Source: Nitrosococcus oceani ATCC 19707 (GTDB lineage Bacteria; Pseudomonadota; Gammaproteobacteria; Nitrosococcales; Nitrosococcaceae). Taken from it: a DNA stretch of 32,000 nt. Positions 1 to 9,219 of the stretch are shown here, piece after piece. Each line of letters opens with the position of its first letter. The first letter of the stretch is position 1. Location: assembly GCF_000012805.1 (NCBI RefSeq), contig NC_007484.1, forward strand, positions 1,260,001 to 1,292,000, given 5' to 3'. The notes beneath the pieces are model-generated. The model made no database searches. It was not told where the DNA came from and was given only the letters and a program-made list of their open reading frames with translations. Made by a program: the position numbers and the translations under genes.

Positions 1-103
1 AGGTATCAGCGATGGTTTGGTACGAATCTCCGTGGGTTTAGAGTCCCTTGAGGATATTAAAAAAGATTTACAGCGGGGTTTGGATAGGATGGCCCAAGGT
101 TGA
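1..103 (+). CDS. 3' end (last ~33 codons) of a Cys/Met-metabolism PLP-dependent enzyme (cystathionine gamma-synthase / O-succinylhomoserine sulfhydrylase family); gene begins upstream of the window
   Basis: Frame starting at nt 2 reads [33 protein letters not shown] followed by TGA at 101-103. The GLVR(I/L)SVGLE..D(I/L)..DL tail is the conserved C-terminus of this family as I remember it. Confidence 0.5.
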   Translation, partial: GISDGLVRISVGLESLEDIKKDLQRGLDRMAQG

Positions 104-149
104 AAATATCCTTGTTGAATGTCGCGGCGATTTTGAAAGGAGCCTAAAC

Positions 150-569
150 ATGAAAAGTTATCGTAAGGAACTTTGGTTCAATGTGCCTAACCGCCGGGGG
201 TTCGTCAATATGACCCCCCAGGTGGAGGAGTGTCTGGGCGAAAGCGGCGTAAGGGAAGGTTTAGTGCTTGTTAATGCAATGCATATCACCGCCAGCGTTT
301 TTATTAACGATGACGAGCCTGGATTACACCATGATTATGAGGAGTGGCTAGAGAAGCTTGCACCCCATGAGCCTATCCGGCAGTACCGGCACAATGATAC
401 CGGAGAAGATAATGCCGATGGCCACATGAAACGCCAAATCATGGGCCGGGAAGTCGTGGTTGCCGTGACCGAGGGGCGCTTGGACTTCGGACCTTGGGAG
501 CAGATTTTTTATGGTGAGTTTGATGGTCGCCGGCGTAAACGGGTTTTGGTCAAGATTATCGGAGAATAG
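150..569 (+). CDS. YjbQ/UPF0047 family protein (secondary thiamine-phosphate synthase-type)
   Basis: 139-aa ORF from ATG 150, preceded by GAAAGGAG (135-142). [31 protein letters not shown] ... [42 protein letters not shown] is a typical YjbQ signature and length. The track start at 48 (TTG) overlaps the upstream gene tail and is probably too long. Confidence 0.85.
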   Translation: MKSYRKELWFNVPNRRGFVNMTPQVEECLGESGVREGLVLVNAMHITASVFINDDEPGLHHDYEEWLEKLAPHEPIRQYRHNDTGEDNADGHMKRQIMGREVVVAVTEGRLDFGPWEQIFYGEFDGRRRKRVLVKIIGE

Positions 570-1455
570 GCTTTTTCTGGGTTTCTCTCAAATCCTCCAA
601 AATATCGTTTATGTGGTTGATGAGCAGAGAAAAATGACCTTCATTAGGGAGATAATGGGCCTGGACGGTGGGTAGTATTTTTGCCAGGTACCGGGCATGG
701 GAGAGGGGTACCGTTGCATCGGCTTCCCCCTGCCATAGCTGAATGTTTAAATTAATTTCTTTTAGCAGGAATCCCCAAGGGTGAGCATAGAGCTTAAAAT
801 CTAAAAGCGCGCCTTTGGGACCATTGCGAAAGGCTTCTTGTATGGACACCAAGTGAAATCTTTTCATATCGTGGCGTTTTAGCGCTTGGCTGTCTGCCTC
901 TGGGGCGGAAATGGTTAATAAAGATTGGGTTAGCCGGGGGAACCAGCACAACGCTCGGGCAATGATTCCTCCATAGATAAAGGGTAAGAGCCAGGATGCA
1001 CGTTTAGCTAAGCCGAATCCCAAGCGAGCGGGCCATTTCATCTCACGGGCTGCCCAAGGTTCATATACTGGCCCGAGGCCATTAACGATGCTAACTCCCC
1101 GAAGGCAAGAAGGGATTCTCCAGGCGCAGGCAAGAGCATAGGGGCCACCTCCTGACATTCCCAAAAGGGAAAAAGAAGAAATACCTAGGATATAAGCGAG
1201 TTCAGCCACATCATCAGGCCAATCAAGAATGCGCCGTTTGGGCTTGAAATCCGATAATCCATAGCCTGGGCGATCGATAGCAATAATACGCCAGCGATTT
1301 TTTCTTGCCGGCGCATCAATGATTTTGGCTTCCAGCCGGGAGGCCGGAAAACCATGGCAATAAAAGAGAGGCTCGCCTTGAAGATCACCGTATTCGGCAT
1401 AGCCGAGACGGCGGCCGTCCTTGAGTATCACGTGTTGATTGCTGAGATGAGTCAT
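556..1455 (-). CDS. alpha/beta-fold hydrolase
   Basis: 299-aa ORF with an HGFP oxyanion motif, a GMSGGG nucleophile elbow (GxSxG) and a C-terminal NEGHF histidine. It converges on yjbQ with a 14-nt 3' overlap. Confidence 0.85.
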   Translation of the reverse strand: MTHLSNQHVILKDGRRLGYAEYGDLQGEPLFYCHGFPASRLEAKIIDAPARKNRWRIIAIDRPGYGLSDFKPKRRILDWPDDVAELAYILGISSFSLLGMSGGGPYALACAWRIPSCLRGVSIVNGLGPVYEPWAAREMKWPARLGFGLAKRASWLLPFIYGGIIARALCWFPRLTQSLLTISAPEADSQALKRHDMKRFHLVSIQEAFRNGPKGALLDFKLYAHPWGFLLKEINLNIQLWQGEADATVPLSHARYLAKILPTVQAHYLPNEGHFSLLINHINDILEDLRETQKKPILR

Positions 1456-1533
1456 TATTAACTATTACTGTTCTTAATGTAAGTTTTTGATTCGAAATAT
1501 TCTACCGCTTGTAACGTCTGAGTGGACAGAGAC

Positions 1534-1562
1534 TTGTCAGATGGCTTCCCGGTACGTAGAAT
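1534..1562 (+). promoter_or_regulatory. putative sigma70 promoter of the tRNA-Gly gene
   Basis: TTGTCA (1534-1539), a 17-nt spacer, then TAGAAT (1557-1562), ending 11 nt before the mature tRNA 5' end. Confidence 0.45.
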
Positions 1563-1573
1563 TAACCTTAATT

Positions 1574-1647
1574 GCGGGTGTAGTTCAATGGTAGAACCTC
1601 AGCTTCCCAAGCTGATGACGTGGGTTCGATTCCCATCACCCGCTCCA
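1574..1647 (+). tRNA. tRNA-Gly (anticodon CCC), CCA encoded
   Basis: 74-nt cloverleaf folded by hand: acceptor GCGGGTG/CACCCGC, D arm GTTC-AATGGTA-GAAC, anticodon arm TCAGC-TTCCCAA-GCTGA, variable TGAC, T arm GTGGG-TTCGATT-CCCAT, discriminator T, CCA. Confidence 0.92.
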
Positions 1648-1790
1648 GAAGTTAAAGGCTTACGGGAAATCCAAGCGCATTTTTTTCCTTGCTTTTTGTT
1701 ACACTTCTCCGCCGAGCCCTATAGTTCCTTGGATAACAGACGAAGTAATTCTCACGCAAAGGATCTAAGGCAGGGGGATCGGCTGATACC

Positions 1791-2432
1791 ATGAATGCTA
1801 TAAACTGTATCTGGGCATTGACTAGATATAGTCTCCTAGGGACAATATTAATTGTAGGTGTTGCCTGTTCTTCTGGCGGCTCTCCCGAGCTATCGAAGTT
1901 ACCTCCTAATGGAATTATCCTAGCTTTTGGGGACAGCCTTACCTATGGTACGGGGGCAGGGGGTTCCCAATATAGCTACCCGAGCATTCTTGCAGAAAAG
2001 ATAGATAGGCAAGTCATCAATGAGGGTGTGCCTGGAGAGTTAAGCGGGGAAGGCGTGGCTCGCCTATCCCAGATGTTGGATCAATACCAACCCCACCTTG
2101 TCATATTATGCCATGGAGGAAATGATCTCCTGCGTCAACGGACTGATAGCCAAATCGCGGTTAATCTCCGGGAGATGGTGGAACTTGTTCAGGAACGAGG
2201 CATTGAAATTGTCCTATTGGCGGTGCCCCGGCCTGCGCTACTTTTTATGGAACCCGCCGGTTTTTACGCTGAGATTGCAGGGGAATATCAAATTCCCATC
2301 GATAGTGAAACGCTTTTAAATTTGGAGAAAAATCCTGCTGTTAAGTCTGATCAAATTCATCTTAACCGCGAAGGTTACCGCCTGTTAGCGGAAGCGGTTT
2401 TCCGTTTGCTGCGCAGCTCGGGCGCCCTTTAA
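1791..2432 (+). CDS. SGNH/GDSL-family hydrolase (arylesterase/lipase-like), probable lipoprotein
   Basis: 213 aa with an N-terminal signal peptide bearing a Cys lipobox-like VGVAC. Block I is FGDSLTYG and block III is CHGGNDL, with a C-terminal D..H region (SDQIHLN). Confidence 0.85.
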   Translation: MNAINCIWALTRYSLLGTILIVGVACSSGGSPELSKLPPNGIILAFGDSLTYGTGAGGSQYSYPSILAEKIDRQVINEGVPGELSGEGVARLSQMLDQYQPHLVILCHGGNDLLRQRTDSQIAVNLREMVELVQERGIEIVLLAVPRPALLFMEPAGFYAEIAGEYQIPIDSETLLNLEKNPAVKSDQIHLNREGYRLLAEAVFRLLRSSGAL

Positions 2433-2435
2433 TTC

Positions 2436-3185
2436 ATGGTGAAGTCGCTCAATCTCCGATGGTTTACCGGTTTCATACTGGCAGGCTATCTGGTATTGGG
2501 GGTTCTAGGCCCGCTCCAGGGGGCGGCGGGCGATGATCCGGAGTTGCTGCCGGGCAGGACGCTGTTAGAAGAACTTGAGGGCCTATCTGCAGAGCACGGT
2601 ATCCTTATCGAAGGTCTGGAGAAAACAAGCACCGCTCCAGCTCGTTTCGCCCACGGCTCACTACGGGAGCAGTTGCGGCAGCTGCTTTTTGATTTTAATT
2701 ATGTTTTAGTGCAATCTCCTGGGGGGGGCATTGAAAAAATATTTATTCTGAATCAGAAAAAGGCAGCTCCAGAACCACCAGAATATCCAGAACGTATCGT
2801 CTTGAATACCCTACGAAACGGCGATCATCATGTTGTCCAGGTCCTTCTCCAAGGGCCGAGCCGGGCTACCATAGAAGTGTCTTTGTTAGTTGACACCGGC
2901 GCCTCCTTGGTGGTGCTTCCTACCTCCATGCTCTCTGAATTGGGATTTTCCCCTGACGAGCTTGAAAGTCAGGAAATAGCGACCGCTAATGGCCGGATTC
3001 ATGCAAAAATTGGCCAACTGGACTCTTTCCAAATAGGTTCAGAACGGATGCATGCTGTTAACGCGGCTTTTATAGAAGATAGCCTCCTTGGTTCTAATGG
3101 CCTTTTAGGCATGAATGTCCTGGGCCGTTACCTCGTGACCATTGACGACCAACAGAATCTGATTACCTTAATCAGGCAGCGTTGA
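2436..3185 (+). CDS. retropepsin-like (clan AA) aspartic protease with N-terminal membrane anchor
   Basis: 249 aa. It has an N-terminal hydrophobic helix and a C-terminal domain with LLVDTGASLVVLP (D-T-G-A catalytic motif) and GLLGMNVLG, the layout of TIGR02281-type bacterial retropepsins. Confidence 0.8.
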   Translation: MVKSLNLRWFTGFILAGYLVLGVLGPLQGAAGDDPELLPGRTLLEELEGLSAEHGILIEGLEKTSTAPARFAHGSLREQLRQLLFDFNYVLVQSPGGGIEKIFILNQKKAAPEPPEYPERIVLNTLRNGDHHVVQVLLQGPSRATIEVSLLVDTGASLVVLPTSMLSELGFSPDELESQEIATANGRIHAKIGQLDSFQIGSERMHAVNAAFIEDSLLGSNGLLGMNVLGRYLVTIDDQQNLITLIRQR

Positions 3186-3281
3186 GAGAGCAGGAGAGGT
3201 GCTGCATGGTGGGTTGTGACGTGTTTCCATCTCCCCTGGCTGGCTAGGACTTTCAGGATTTGCAAATCAAAAGGAGAAAAG

Positions 3282-5213
3282 ATGCTTGCCCCTGTAGAAA
3301 AGCCCTATGGCGCTTGGCTATCCCCCATTACCGCTGATCTCATTGTCTCGGAAACAATTGGCCTAGGCCAGATAGCACTATCCGGGGACGCCGTTTACTG
3401 GGTGGAAATGCGCCCCACGGAAGGGGGGCGGAATGTAATCCTAGGCCGCACCAGGGACGGAGAAGTCAAAGAAATTAATCCCGCTCCTTATAATGCTAGA
3501 ACCCGAGTCCATGAGTATGGCGGCGGGGCTTATCTAGTGGCTGGGGATTCGGTGTTTTTTTCCCATTTTGAAGATCAAAGGCTGTATCGGTGTCGGATAG
3601 ATGATTCAATTGAGCCGCTTACTCTGGAAGGAGATTATCGTTACGCCGATGCGATTTTTGATCGATTCCGCAATCGTCTTGTCTGCGTTCGTGAAGACCA
3701 TACGGATAAGACTCGGGAGCCCGTCAATACGCTGGTCAGTATCCCCCTCGACGGTAATAAGCGGATTTCCGTGTTGGCCTCGGGGGCGGATTTTTATGCT
3801 TCACCCCGCCTCAGCCCCGATGGAAGCCAGCTCGCCTGGCTGACTTGGAACCATCCCAATATGCCTTGGGATGGTACGGATCTCTGGCTGGCCCCGGTAG
3901 AGACAGCGGGCTCCTTGGGAGAGAGCAAACACATTGCGGGCGCAGCGGATGAGTCTATTTTTCAGCCCGAGTGGTCCCCTACAGGCACTTTGTATTTTAT
4001 TTCTGACCGTACTGGATGGTGGAATCTTTATCGCTGGCGGGAACAGCAAATAGAATCGGTTACTCGGATGGAGGTTGAATTTGGCGTACCCCAATGGGTT
4101 TTTGGCCTATCCACTTATGCCTTTGAATCGGCGGAGCGTATCGTCTGCGCCTATAGCAGGGACGGCGTAAGCCATTTAGCAATTATTGATGCCGCCAGTG
4201 GCGTTTTGGAGGAATTAGAGACTCCTTATACGGAAATAGGATCTTTGCGGGCGCAGGCCGGATATGCCGTATTTATTGCCGCCTCGCCTACGGAATTTCC
4301 TGCTGTTGTCCAGCTTGACTTAGCGACCAGAGAAGTGGAAGTGCTGCGTCGGGCCAGCGAGATGAGCATTGATTCCGGGTATCTTTCCATTCCCGAAGCT
4401 ATTCAGTTCCCAACCACGGCGGGCGCTCTGTCCCATGCTTTCTTCTATCCTCCGAAAAATAAGGATTTTACCGGCTTGCCAGGGGAGCGGCCTCCCTTAT
4501 TGGTAATCAGCCATGGGGGTCCTACCGCGGCTACGAATAACGTCCTGAGTTTAAAGATTCAATACTGGACTAGCCGGGGCATTGCCGTGCTTGATGTGAA
4601 TTATCGGGGCAGTAGCCACTATGGACGGGAATACCGCCAGCAATTGAAGGGGCAGTGGGGATGCGCCGATGTGGAGGATTGCGTCAACGGGGCCTTGTAT
4701 TTAGCGCAGCGGGGAGAGGTAGATCGGGAGCGTCTTGCCATTCGGGGAAGCAGCGCGGGTGGTTTTACCACCTTGGCGGCCTTGACTTTTCATGAGGTAT
4801 TTAAGGCCGGGGCGAGCTATTATGGCGTCAGCGATCTGGCGGCGCTGGCAAAAGAAACCCATAAGTTCGAGTCCCGTTACCTCGATCACTTGATTGGACC
4901 CTACCCGGAACGGGCTGATCTGTACGCGGCCCGCTCGCCAATTCACGCCGTTGATAAACTCTCCTGTCCCGTTATCTTTTTTCAGGGCCTGGAAGATAAG
5001 ATTGTGCCGCCTGAGCAAGCCGAGCAAATGGTGGAAGCACTACGCGAGAAAGGGGTGCCCGTGGCCTATGTTCCCTTTGAAGGCGAGCAACATGGCTTCC
5101 GGCGAGCGGAAAATATCAAACGGGCGCTGGGGGCCGAGCTTTATTTTTACGCCCAGATTTTTGGCTTTGACTTGGCGGAACGGATTGAACCGGTAGCGAT
5201 TGAAAATCTTTAA
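3282..5213 (+). CDS. S9 family serine peptidase (prolyl oligopeptidase / dipeptidyl aminopeptidase-like, beta-propeller + alpha/beta hydrolase)
   Basis: 643 aa from ATG 3282, preceded by AAGGAG (3271-3276). It has an N-terminal propeller-like region, then HGGP, the nucleophile GSSAGG, and later D and H (GEQHGF) positions. Confidence 0.9.
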   Translation: MLAPVEKPYGAWLSPITADLIVSETIGLGQIALSGDAVYWVEMRPTEGGRNVILGRTRDGEVKEINPAPYNARTRVHEYGGGAYLVAGDSVFFSHFEDQRLYRCRIDDSIEPLTLEGDYRYADAIFDRFRNRLVCVREDHTDKTREPVNTLVSIPLDGNKRISVLASGADFYASPRLSPDGSQLAWLTWNHPNMPWDGTDLWLAPVETAGSLGESKHIAGAADESIFQPEWSPTGTLYFISDRTGWWNLYRWREQQIESVTRMEVEFGVPQWVFGLSTYAFESAERIVCAYSRDGVSHLAIIDAASGVLEELETPYTEIGSLRAQAGYAVFIAASPTEFPAVVQLDLATREVEVLRRASEMSIDSGYLSIPEAIQFPTTAGALSHAFFYPPKNKDFTGLPGERPPLLVISHGGPTAATNNVLSLKIQYWTSRGIAVLDVNYRGSSHYGREYRQQLKGQWGCADVEDCVNGALYLAQRGEVDRERLAIRGSSAGGFTTLAALTFHEVFKAGASYYGVSDLAALAKETHKFESRYLDHLIGPYPERADLYAARSPIHAVDKLSCPVIFFQGLEDKIVPPEQAEQMVEALREKGVPVAYVPFEGEQHGFRRAENIKRALGAELYFYAQIFGFDLAERIEPVAIENL

Positions 5214-5393
5214 TCAATTCCAGTCTAGTAAAACCTTGCCCTATGAGAGATGATGGGTAAAGGGATACTTCTCGCCCGCCAGTAAAAACAGGCTAGCCTG
5301 TCTGTGGCTAGCCCTATCTCCATTCCCTATTTGCCATTAAGCCGATGGTTTGATTTATTGAGCGCCTTCGTCCTATGGTGGTTCCACAAGTAG

Positions 5394-5657
5394 TGCCCGA
5401 GTAGCTGTGCTGGTTTATCAACCGGCCCGTTTCCCAGAATTTTCTGCAAAGCCGGGCGACCGGGTCGGCCCATGAGAATGATCGGCAAACAGACCCTAGA
5501 AGAGCTGGAAATACCGATCCCTAGCATGGAAAGACAGCATCGTATTATCGCGCTGAATCAACTTGCGACGGAAGAGCAGCGTTTGCTGAGTCTGCTTTTA
5601 GGGAAGGGGAAACAGCTTGTCAATTACCAGTTATCCATGATCATGGATCAATTATAG
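5394..5657 (+). pseudogene. orphan C-terminal fragment of a type I restriction specificity subunit (HsdS)
   Basis: The frame is open from 5394 and the only ATG is at 5472. GKQTLEELEIPIPSMERQHRIIALNQLATEEQRLLSLLLGKGKQL reproduces the conserved (I/L)P.P..(E)Q..I + coiled-coil spacer of HsdS. No target-recognition domain precedes it. Confidence 0.5.
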
Positions 5658-5747
5658 TGGTCAACCCTCGTTTATCCCGTCAAGGATATTCCGATAGGCA
5701 CTTAAGAAATATCTACAAGCAAGCAGGATGGAAGTGGAGGAAGTAAA

Positions 5748-6146
5748 ATGTTGTACCCAGTTTACATTCACGCAGGAGACGAGAATCATTATCATGGCGT
5801 TACTTTCCCTGATTTTCCCGGATGTTTTTCCGGGGCTGGCACATGGGAAGACTTGCCGGTCAATATTCAAGAAGCCGTGGAAGTCCATTTTGAGGGCAAG
5901 GATATGGAGATACCCGAGCCTACGCCCTTGGAAAAACTCATCGCAAATCCTGAATACCAGGAAGGGGCATGGATGATGGCTGATATTGACCTTGGGCGCA
6001 TCCGCTCTAAGTTCGTACGCATCAATATTTCATTACCGGATTATCTTGTTCGCCGCATTGATGAATACACGAAAGGCCAACACCTCAGCCGCTCGGGTTT
6101 TATTGCGAAAGCAGTAGAACTGCTAATGCAGGATAGCAAGCGTTAG
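5748..6146 (+). CDS. HicB-family antitoxin-like protein with C-terminal ribbon-helix-helix DNA-binding domain (no hicA partner seen)
   Basis: 132 aa with GGAGGA 7 nt upstream. The N-terminus MLYPVYIHAGDENHYHGVTFPDFPGCFSGAGTWEDL..EAVEVHFEG is HicB-like. The C-terminus RINISLPDYLVRRIDEYTKGQHLSRSGFIAKAVELLM is a CopG/RHH motif. Confidence 0.8.
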   Translation: MLYPVYIHAGDENHYHGVTFPDFPGCFSGAGTWEDLPVNIQEAVEVHFEGKDMEIPEPTPLEKLIANPEYQEGAWMMADIDLGRIRSKFVRINISLPDYLVRRIDEYTKGQHLSRSGFIAKAVELLMQDSKR

Positions 6147-6168
6147 TGCGTGACTAAAGAGACCAACC

Positions 6169-7292
6169 ATGAGCAAAATCCAACAAAAAGATATCAATAA
6201 TGCCGCCTGGGCCGCCTGTGATACTTTCCGGGGCGTGGTGGACCCGGCCCAATATAAAGATTACATCCTGGTGATGCTGTTCGTGAAATACATCTCCGAT
6301 GTCTGGCGGGATCACTACCAGGAATACCATCGGCACTATGGCGACGACGATGCCCGCATCCGTCGTAAGCTGGCCCGTGAACGGTTTGTATTGCCCTCCG
6401 TAGAAATCACTGAAAACCGCCAAAATGAAAAGACGGGCAAGGAGGCAACAATCGTTGTGGATTCTTTTATGGCGGATTTTTACTCCCTTTACGAGCGCCG
6501 CATGGCGCCGACTCCGCCCGTATCGAGTGGTGCAATACCCTCACCTCACCGGCGCTAGTGGAAAACGACCGGCTGATGAAATTCGACAATGTGGTCGCCA
6601 ACCCGCCCTTTTCCCTGGATAAATGGGGCGCGGATGAGGCCGAAGGGGATATCTACAACCGCTTCTGGCGTGGTCTGCCGCCCAAATCCAAGGGGGACTA
6701 TGCTTTTATCAGCCATATGATTGAAGCGGCGGTGGCAAAAAAAGGCCGGGTGGCGGTGGTGGCGCCCCATGGGGTGCTGTTCCGGGGCGCTGCCGAAGGC
6801 CGCATTCGCCGGAAGCTAATCGAGGACAATTTGCTGGATGCGGTCATTGGCTTGCCCGGCAACCTGTTCCCTACCACCAATATCCCAGTAGCCATTCTGA
6901 TTTTTGACTGTTCGCGGGAGAAAGGCGGCGTTAATGAAGCACGCAAGGAGGTGTTCTTTATCGACGCCAGCAATGAATACCAGTCGGGCAAAAATCAGAA
7001 TACCCTGGGGGATGCGCATATCCATCGTATTATTCAAGTTTATAACGAATTCCGCGATTCATTGATCAATGATCAGTGGTCAATAATTAATGAGAAGTTC
7101 GCCCATGTGGCCGGCTTTGAGGAAATCAAGGAAAACGATTTTAATCTGAATATCCCCCGTTATGTGGATACCTTCGAGGAAGAGGAGGAAATTGATATTC
7201 AGGCGGTACAGCGGGAGATTGAGCAGTTAGAAGCGGAATTGGCGGAAGTGCGGGGTAAGATGGATCGCCTGTTGAAGGATATGGTGGTATGA
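6169..7292 (+). pseudogene. hsdM: type I R-M methyltransferase subunit HsdM, disrupted by an internal out-of-frame deletion
   Basis: The N-terminal frame (6169-~6501) gives the HsdM_N-like ...AACDTFRGVVDPAQYKDYILVMLFVKYISDVW...ADFYSLYERR. From ~6501, in another frame, it reads HGADSARIEWCNTLTSPALVENDRLMKFDNVVANPPFS (motif IV NPPF) through the C-terminus. No AdoMet motif I (xPxCGSGGF) occurs in any frame between them. Confidence 0.85.
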
Positions 7293-8512
7293 GAAGTAGG
7301 CAAATTTCATTACATCCCCTTCATAGGGAGATATTGCCGAGAGGATGGAAACTTTTGCCTGTTGGCAAGGCTCTCATTGATTCTCAGTACGGTACTAATG
7401 CCGCTTCTGTAGATGCAGGTAACACTCCAGTGGTGGGAATGAAAGACATTCAAGCAGGAAAAGTGCTTACATCTAATCTAGTTCGAGCCAATCTTTCTGA
7501 TAAAGAAAGAGCTAAGTACCTGCTAGAAAAAGGTGATATTTTAATCAATAGAACCAATAGCTTTGACCTTGTTGGCAAAGTTGGGATTTATGATTCTGAT
7601 ATTGAGGCAGCGTTTGCATCTTATTTGGTCCGTCTAAAAGCGGATCTTTCGCAGGTAATGCCTGAATATTTGAATTATTGGCTAAATGGGCATGTTGCAC
7701 AAACAACAATCAAACGTATTGCTACAAAAGCCATTAGCCAAGCGAACGTTAACCCTACTGAGTTTAAAAAGCATTGCTATATACCTTTACCTTCTATTGG
7801 GGAACAGCGTGAGGCGGTCTCCGTTTTGAAGACGAATGATAGGGTGATTGAAAAAATAGAACGCCTGATTGCTGCTAAGCAGAAGCGGTTTAAAAGCTTA
7901 ATTCAGCAGCTCATTAATAAGAATTGTGAGTTATGGCCGCATTTCAAAGCACGCGACTTATTTAGAAATATTTCTATTAAGGGATATGGTAATGAAAAAT
8001 TACTTTCTGTCACACAAGATTGCGGTGTATTGCCGCGGACGATGTTGGAAGGACGTGTCATGTCGCCCGAGGGAAGCACAGATAACTACAAATTAGTAGT
8101 GCCCGGGAATTTTGTTATCAGTCTGCGCTCGTTCCAAGGGGGGCTTGAGTACTCTAAATATAAAGGCATCGTGAGTCCAGCATATACCATTCTTTTTCCT
8201 AAAAAGGAAATACATGATGATTTTTATCGACACTTTTTTAAATCATATATTTTCATAGAAAAATATTTGGTAATTGCAGTCGTTGGTATACGTGATGGGA
8301 AACAAATTAGTTCTAGCGACTTTGAATCAGTCAAGATTCCGTATCCTCCAGTCCAAGAACAGCGATATATAGCTGAAATACTAAATACGGCTACTGAAGA
8401 GATTAAAAAATTTAAACAGCTAGCCAAAAAATACCGCACCCAAAAACGCGGCCTAATGCAGAAATTATTAACAGGCAAATGGCAGGTCAATGCTGCCAAG
8501 GAAGTAGCTTGA
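7289..8512 (+). CDS. hsdS: type I R-M specificity subunit HsdS (two target-recognition domains), apparently intact
   Basis: 407 aa. Its ATG overlaps the hsdM stop (ATGA, 7289-7292). Two variable domains are separated by the conserved spacers YIPLPSIGEQREAVSVL...IAAKQKRFKSLIQQL and KIPYPPVQEQRYIAEIL...KRGLMQKLLTGKW. The region is visibly more AT-rich than its neighbours. Confidence 0.9.
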   Translation: MRSRQISLHPLHREILPRGWKLLPVGKALIDSQYGTNAASVDAGNTPVVGMKDIQAGKVLTSNLVRANLSDKERAKYLLEKGDILINRTNSFDLVGKVGIYDSDIEAAFASYLVRLKADLSQVMPEYLNYWLNGHVAQTTIKRIATKAISQANVNPTEFKKHCYIPLPSIGEQREAVSVLKTNDRVIEKIERLIAAKQKRFKSLIQQLINKNCELWPHFKARDLFRNISIKGYGNEKLLSVTQDCGVLPRTMLEGRVMSPEGSTDNYKLVVPGNFVISLRSFQGGLEYSKYKGIVSPAYTILFPKKEIHDDFYRHFFKSYIFIEKYLVIAVVGIRDGKQISSSDFESVKIPYPPVQEQRYIAEILNTATEEIKKFKQLAKKYRTQKRGLMQKLLTGKWQVNAAKEVA

Positions 8513-9219
8513 TGCAATTCGAAGTCTATTGCGATGAAACCATGCCTGATCTGTTCACTTCCTCGAAACGTCGTGGTCGCTACCTCATGATCGGTAGTAT
8601 CTGGATTCCTGCTAAATTGCGAAATGAAGTGAAAGAAAAAATCTGGGTATTGCGGAAGACTCATAACACCTGGGGAGAGATTAAATGGACAAAGGTCTCA
8701 TCTGCGCGGTTACCATTTTATTTTGATGTAATTGACCTGTTCGAAAGTTATGGCATGGACCTGCGTTTTCGCTGCATTGCCGTTGATAGCGAGCAGGTTG
8801 ATATGCACTGGCATGATAATGATGAGGAGCTTGGTTTTTACAAGTTCTATTACCAAATGCTGCATCATTGGATTCTAGACTTCAATGAATACCGGATATT
8901 TTGTGATACTAAAACTAATCGTGACCCGGCTCGCCTTGCAATGCTTAAACGTTGTTTGGATGCTGCAAACATCTCTTCGCGGATCTCTTCGATTCAGGCA
9001 TTGCCATCGCGGCATCTTGTTCTCATGCAGATGTGCGATTTGTTGTTAGGTGCCGCAAGCAGTCGCATGAACAAGACATTGAAGCCGTCCAGCGCTAAAG
9101 AAGCTGTCGTGAAACGTCTGGAAAGTCACTTGGATTTGGATGCTGAACAGATTTGCCCCACCTATCGTAGTGCAAGGAAATTCAATGTATTTCAGATTCG
9201 ACTCCAGGGGGGGTGGTAA
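8512..9219 (+). CDS. DUF3800-like protein (function unknown), cargo gene inside the type I R-M operon
   Basis: 235 aa from ATG 8512, which overlaps the hsdS stop (TGATG). The N-terminal MQFEVYCDET plus the later acidic positions CIAVDSE, IFCDTKTN and QMCDLLLGA match the DUF3800 layout (Y.DE(S/T) start) as I recall it. Confidence 0.7.
   Translation: MQFEVYCDETMPDLFTSSKRRGRYLMIGSIWIPAKLRNEVKEKIWVLRKTHNTWGEIKWTKVSSARLPFYFDVIDLFESYGMDLRFRCIAVDSEQVDMHWHDNDEELGFYKFYYQMLHHWILDFNEYRIFCDTKTNRDPARLAMLKRCLDAANISSRISSIQALPSRHLVLMQMCDLLLGAASSRMNKTLKPSSAKEAVVKRLESHLDLDAEQICPTYRSARKFNVFQIRLQGGW

Noticed and set aside
1522-1794. 90-aa ORF covering the tRNA-Gly gene.
   Set aside because: It is read straight through a perfect tRNA cloverleaf and has no coding signal.
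5472-5657. Treating the 61-aa ORF as an intact small gene.
   Set aside because: It corresponds only to the conserved C-terminal spacer of HsdS, has no SD, and its frame is open upstream without a start. I report it as a fragment instead.
5394-8512. Phase-variable (shufflon-type) hsdS system using the extra hsdS fragment.
   Set aside because: No recombinase gene is present. The fragment is in direct, not inverted, orientation. It also shares no evident nucleotide repeats with the conserved regions of the intact hsdS.
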